From NCBI GenBank assembly GCA_965220385.1, contig OZ244825.1, forward strand, positions 42,429-106,428: DNA of 64,000 nt, read 5' to 3'. The stretch's first letter is position 1. Each line of letters opens with the position of its first letter. Both the position numbers and the translations under genes were made by a program. A model generated the notes under the pieces. The model ran no database searches, was not told the origin of the DNA, and saw only the letters and a list, made by a program, of their open reading frames with translations. This document shows, in pieces, positions 59,577 through 64,000 of this stretch. Source of the stretch: Candidatus Poribacteria bacterium. GTDB lineage: Bacteria; Poribacteria; WGA-4E; PCPOR2b.

Positions 59577-62500
59577 TAAGAGCACGAAAGTTCAGATAAA
59601 TCGAGAATCCTCGCATAGCAGGACGGAAAGACGACTGTTGTCTCGTTATTTCGTTGTTTTTCTATTTTATTTTCAGGTTTTCGCCCTACTCTTTCACTTT
59701 GGGTGTGGTTTCACCCAAATTGATTCGCGTGACGAACAATCGGCGGCGCTGGAAGAAGCAGCGATTACCCAAACAGCGACGAAACAAGCGTTAGTCAGCG
59801 ATAATGTCCGTTGTATATCAACCTCCGCTAACCAGGTTTGGGTAGGGACAGATCGGGGTGTCAGCATCTATCATAAAGTGGATAACCGTTGGACAAAGTT
59901 AGACCGGTCCGATGGGCTGCTCTCTGATGACATTACTGCCATCGCCGTCGACGGGGAATCTGTCTGGATAGGTACGACACTCGGTGTCAGTCTTTATGAT
60001 CCCAATGCAGCGGAACGTTGGACAAAGTTCCAACAACGGGACGGCATAGCAAGCAATAGAGTCACTGCCATCGCTGTGGATGGGAATCATATCTGGGTGG
60101 GGACCGAAGCGGGTATCTCGCGTTATGATAAGACGACAGGGGCGTGGGCGTTACAGCAAGAGAAGGATAAAGATTCATTTAACGTAGTCACGGCAATTGC
60201 TGTCGAATCCGAGTATGTTTGGTTCGGTACAGAAGACGGTCTCCGTCGATACGACAAATCCAAGGACGCGTGGAACACTTATACAAAAGAGGAAGGGTTG
60301 GTAGAAAACCATATCCGCTGGATCGCTTTAAGTCCTGACGCTGCTTGGGTGGGTACGGAGAAGTCAGGTGTAAGCAAGTTCAGTACAATCAACCAGACCT
60401 TTACTGAAAGCCATACCCGAACGGATCTTATAGAGAGCGATTTCATTAGAGCGATTGCGGTTGATGGCGACAACGTCTGGTTTGGTTCGGCAGACCGCGG
60501 AATTCGACGATACATTACAACGGTGGATACTTGGCTTAAGTACACGACAGCACAAGGTTTGGTCAGTGACCACATTACCGCGTTGGTTGTTGATGGTAGG
60601 AATATTTGGATTGGCACATACGAGCACGGTCTGGGCCAATACGATAAGGTGACAGATGGATGGACATGGTATGCCAGGCGCGACACGCTGGTATCGAATC
60701 AGATTCAATCACTGGTTGTAGCTGAGAATGCACTCTGGGCAGGTACAAATAAAGGTCTGAGTCGCTACGCGCTTTACGAAAAAACGTGGAGAACCTACAC
60801 CAAAGCAGATGGCTTAACAACCAACTATATTACCGCTTTGGCAGGGGGCGACGACGGGGCACTCTGGGTTGGAACGGCCTTGGGATTAGGAACACTCGAA
60901 GGAGAACGGTGGCGTTTCTACACCGAGCGGAATGGATTGGCAGACAATTTTGTTACCTGTATTGACCTTTCCGATAAGATCTGGGTCGGGACGAAAGGTG
61001 GATTAAGTGCCTTAATACAAGAACCCCTAACCTCTTCGTCACAATCGGGGAAGGTCGAGCAAATTCCGACAAGGCGAGGATCCTCGCAGAGCGGGACAAG
61101 AAGTCTTCACGAATCTACGCACATCACCGCGAATCAAATAAGTGTAGATGATTCACGAGGCTCGGCGAATGGCTCTCGCGTTTCACGTTTCACGTTTCAC
61201 GTTTTGCGCCAACCCTATCTCACCGGCAAGTGGGTAACAGCAGTGCTGGCAATTGGTGAGGAGGTTTGGGTGGGAACGACAGAAGGGTTATATCGGAGAG
61301 GTGCTACGAGGGATAAATTTGAACCGTTTCCCCCGATAACGGGTTATGTCAATACACTTACGTTCAACCCGGATGGAAGATTGCTAGTCGGTACTCGGAA
61401 TGGGTTATGGATTATTCGCCCCCCCTTTTATCGCCCCGATAGCGGGGGGATAAGGGGCGTAACCCACATTACCGATGGTCTGCCAAACCTGAATGTCCGG
61501 GCTATTGCAGTAGACAAAGAAACCGTCTGGATCGGGACACCGGCTGGAATTGCACGCTCCGATGGAGCCAGAATTCAACAGGTGTTTACGATGCAGCCAG
61601 AGGGTTTGCTGCACAATAATGTTCAGGGTATCGCTGTTGTGGGTAAGCAGGTCTTTTTCGGTACGGTTGCAGGCGTTGCTGTCTATGACGTAGAGAAAAA
61701 TTTGTGGGATAAGCATACCCCATATCGTGATACAGAAATTCTGAGAGAAGATCAAGCGCGTTGGATGGAGTTAGATGGGCACTATCTGTGGGTGCTTAAC
61801 TGGGCGGCTTCCCCGAATGGCGCGATTTTAAAATTCGATCGCCGTACCGATACGTGGATAGAGTACACAAAGGACGCGCTACCCATCTCATCCGAAGTCC
61901 CATTTATCACCGCAATTCGACGGTTAGCGGTGGGGACAGAAGACGTCTGGTGTGCGACGGGGGATGGCGGCGTGCTGCGATACAACAAAGCCTCTGATAC
62001 ATGGACGCACTTCACAAGATCATCGGGCCTGCCGGGACATCATGCTACACTCATTGAACTTGATGAACCAAATGGCGTTTGGGTTGCCTTCCAAGGCGGC
62101 GTAGCAGCGCACTATGATACGCGGACAGAGAAGTGGCAATCGGTGAAGGTGACGGAAGCAGGTCCCGGTAGGTACATCGAAGATATTGCCTGTACGAAAG
62201 ATTATGTCTGGTTTTCCACAAATGGCGTTGGGGTCAAGAGATATGAGCGGACGACGAAAACTTGGCGCTCATACACGGAAGCGCAAGGTATGGCTTCTCG
62301 CTCCGGTGAGTGGATTGCCGCGGACGGAGAGGGAGTGTGGACCAGCGGCGGAAGTTCTTATTCGTGGGTCAGTGACCGGGGAATGAGCGGTGTGAGTTAC
62401 TATTCGCTTATCGACGATACTTGGACAATCTATGATAGGCGCAAGGGGCTGCGGGTTAATTGGACGGGGTCCGGACAGGTCAGCGAGAACTACGTCTGGT

Positions 62501-63858
62501 GCTTCGGTTGGAGTGGTATCAACAGGTACGATAAAACGGGCAGGTCGTGGACTTCCTTCACGCGAAGCGATGGACTGCCTGAATCATCGGTTGAGGCTAT
62601 TTCGGAGGATAGCGATGGCTTCTGGGTCGGCACGGGCGATGCGGGTGTGCTAAAATACTCACAAGCGTCTGGGGCATGGACAGCCTTCACGGTCGAGGAT
62701 GGACTCGTTCACGATAGCGTCTGGAGATACCAGCTTAAAGTCGATTCAAAATACGTCTGGGTCGGCACATCGAAAGGCGTGAGTCGCTATGATAAAGAAA
62801 AAGAAACATGGATATCCTTCACCAAACCAACCACCTTAGCGGACCGACGATCGGTTGCTGTTGCTACCGATTCCCGGCACGTCTGGGTTGGTACGCATCG
62901 AGGCTTGAGTCGATACGACAAACGGTACGACAGATGGAAACACTTTGAAAAACCGGACGAAAGATCAGAAAGAGATCAGGACGAGGATGGAGATGAAGAG
63001 GACGATGAGGAAGAACAGGAGCCAGAGACAACAGATGAACTGGTAGATAACAATGTCATTGACTTGTCCGTTGGGAAGCGGTATATTTGGATTGCGACCG
63101 AAGGTGGGGTTGGTCGGTACGATAAAATCGCGGATCGGTTTGAATCGTACACTAAAGAAAATCAACTGCCCAGTGTTGATATTCGAGCGGTTGTCGAAAA
63201 TCGAAGCGATGTGTGGATTGGAACAAAAAACGGTATTAGTAAGCACAGTATTCTCTCCGATGATCGGAACGCTTGGGAAACATATAACGCCGCTATTGAA
63301 ATCCTGCCAACAGTGGAGGGAAAATACGCCAAGAGCCTCGAAAATGATGATGTACGATGTCTTGCGGTAGACGATAACCGCGTTTGGGCTGGAACAAAAA
63401 CAGGGGTCTCGCTTTATGCAATCAAACAGGGGACGTGGACTACTTTTACTCAAGAGGATGGGTTAGCGAGTGATGAGATTAGTTGTATTGCCATTGACAA
63501 CGGGCAGGTCTGGTTCGGTAGTGGACGTGGTGTGGCAGTGCACGACACGGTAAATGGAACGTGGAAAGCAATTACAGAAGCGGATGGCTTGAACTCAAAT
63601 CTTATTACATCAATGGCAATTCGCGGGAATCAGATCTGGTTCGGTACGTTCGACAAGGGAGTCACCATGTTGGATAAAATCACAGGGGAGTTTACAAACT
63701 TCACCAGAGCGGACGGGCTGCCGCATAATGGCATTCTATCGATTGCAACCGATGGTGACTACCTCTGGTTCGGTACGCATGGCGGGTTGACCCGTTATGA
63801 TTCTCTGACAGGCACATGGACGGTTTATACCGAGCGGTTTGATCATGATGGCATTTGA
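59563..63858 (+). CDS. Giant multi-beta-propeller lipoprotein 3
   Basis: Hydrophobic segment then HFGC; same repeat; ATG overlaps the end of gene 2 (true start may be the TTG near 59638); acidic loop near 62956-63030. Confidence 0.83.
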   Translation: MLKINKSTKVQINRESSHSRTERRLLSRYFVVFLFYFQVFALLFHFGCGFTQIDSRDEQSAALEEAAITQTATKQALVSDNVRCISTSANQVWVGTDRGVSIYHKVDNRWTKLDRSDGLLSDDITAIAVDGESVWIGTTLGVSLYDPNAAERWTKFQQRDGIASNRVTAIAVDGNHIWVGTEAGISRYDKTTGAWALQQEKDKDSFNVVTAIAVESEYVWFGTEDGLRRYDKSKDAWNTYTKEEGLVENHIRWIALSPDAAWVGTEKSGVSKFSTINQTFTESHTRTDLIESDFIRAIAVDGDNVWFGSADRGIRRYITTVDTWLKYTTAQGLVSDHITALVVDGRNIWIGTYEHGLGQYDKVTDGWTWYARRDTLVSNQIQSLVVAENALWAGTNKGLSRYALYEKTWRTYTKADGLTTNYITALAGGDDGALWVGTALGLGTLEGERWRFYTERNGLADNFVTCIDLSDKIWVGTKGGLSALIQEPLTSSSQSGKVEQIPTRRGSSQSGTRSLHESTHITANQISVDDSRGSANGSRVSRFTFHVLRQPYLTGKWVTAVLAIGEEVWVGTTEGLYRRGATRDKFEPFPPITGYVNTLTFNPDGRLLVGTRNGLWIIRPPFYRPDSGGIRGVTHITDGLPNLNVRAIAVDKETVWIGTPAGIARSDGARIQQVFTMQPEGLLHNNVQGIAVVGKQVFFGTVAGVAVYDVEKNLWDKHTPYRDTEILREDQARWMELDGHYLWVLNWAASPNGAILKFDRRTDTWIEYTKDALPISSEVPFITAIRRLAVGTEDVWCATGDGGVLRYNKASDTWTHFTRSSGLPGHHATLIELDEPNGVWVAFQGGVAAHYDTRTEKWQSVKVTEAGPGRYIEDIACTKDYVWFSTNGVGVKRYERTTKTWRSYTEAQGMASRSGEWIAADGEGVWTSGGSSYSWVSDRGMSGVSYYSLIDDTWTIYDRRKGLRVNWTGSGQVSENYVWCFGWSGINRYDKTGRSWTSFTRSDGLPESSVEAISEDSDGFWVGTGDAGVLKYSQASGAWTAFTVEDGLVHDSVWRYQLKVDSKYVWVGTSKGVSRYDKEKETWISFTKPTTLADRRSVAVATDSRHVWVGTHRGLSRYDKRYDRWKHFEKPDERSERDQDEDGDEEDDEEEQEPETTDELVDNNVIDLSVGKRYIWIATEGGVGRYDKIADRFESYTKENQLPSVDIRAVVENRSDVWIGTKNGISKHSILSDDRNAWETYNAAIEILPTVEGKYAKSLENDDVRCLAVDDNRVWAGTKTGVSLYAIKQGTWTTFTQEDGLASDEISCIAIDNGQVWFGSGRGVAVHDTVNGTWKAITEADGLNSNLITSMAIRGNQIWFGTFDKGVTMLDKITGEFTNFTRADGLPHNGILSIATDGDYLWFGTHGGLTRYDSLTGTWTVYTERFDHDGI

Positions 63859-64000
63859 CATACTCCCCGCCCTGAAGGACGGAGATTCTTTTGTCTTTCA
63901 GGTACGCGAATTGTGCTATCAACAAAGTTAGCCATCCGAAGATGGACTTACAACTTCTCCTTCACGGGTTGATGCCCCAACCCTGTAGATGTTAATTGCT
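63855..64000 (-). mobile_element. Right end of an IS200/IS605-family element with reRNA/omegaRNA region (element continues beyond the window)
   Basis: Minus strand ends AGAATCTCCGTCCTTCAGGGCGGGGAGTATGTCAA: subterminal hairpin plus TCAA terminus, downstream of a tnpB 3' end. Confidence 0.85.
63928..63999 (-). CDS. tnpB: C-terminus of TnpB RNA-guided endonuclease (partial)
   Basis: Reads AINIYRVGASTREGEVVSPSSDG*, the typical post-RuvC-III (D)xNAAxNI..VGAST tail; not in the ORF track. Confidence 0.75.
   Translation of the reverse strand, partial: AINIYRVGASTREGEVVSPSSDG

Noticed and set aside
1-64000. CRISPR array
   Set aside because: No run of equally spaced 23-47 nt direct repeats with unique spacers; the periodicity seen comes from protein repeats

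Overview
A gene-dense bacterial chromosomal window of moderate GC content. The gene content points to a sponge-symbiont-type bacterium, most likely Candidatus Poribacteria. That assignment is an inference from the LRR, WD40 and YWTD 'eukaryote-like' secreted proteins with dockerin/FlgD tails and from the PhyH, Gfo/Idh/MocA and enolase-superfamily genes. Housekeeping genes include dapF, tRNA-Leu(GAG), a ppiD-like foldase, a PBP1B-like class A PBP, uvrB, mtnA and a UbiD-type decarboxylase. These are interleaved with catabolic enzymes, a hicBA toxin-antitoxin pair and three arrays of secreted repeat proteins. Five features stand out. (i) A tandem of three collinear ~1,350-1,430 aa all-beta-propeller lipoproteins at 51.3-63.9 kb. 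(ii) A family of very small palindromic elements that nest inside each other and inside a TIR-bounded MITE, and that also sit in frame inside the propeller genes. (iii) A family I pyrophosphatase homologue whose catalytic acidic residues are replaced, partly by His, and which overlaps mtnA. (iv) A signal-peptide-bearing MTA/SAH nucleosidase fused to an unknown domain. (v) The right end of an IS200/IS605 tnpB element at the window edge, whose terminus supplies the stop codon of the last propeller gene. No CRISPR array, rRNA, integrase or reverse transcriptase was seen.
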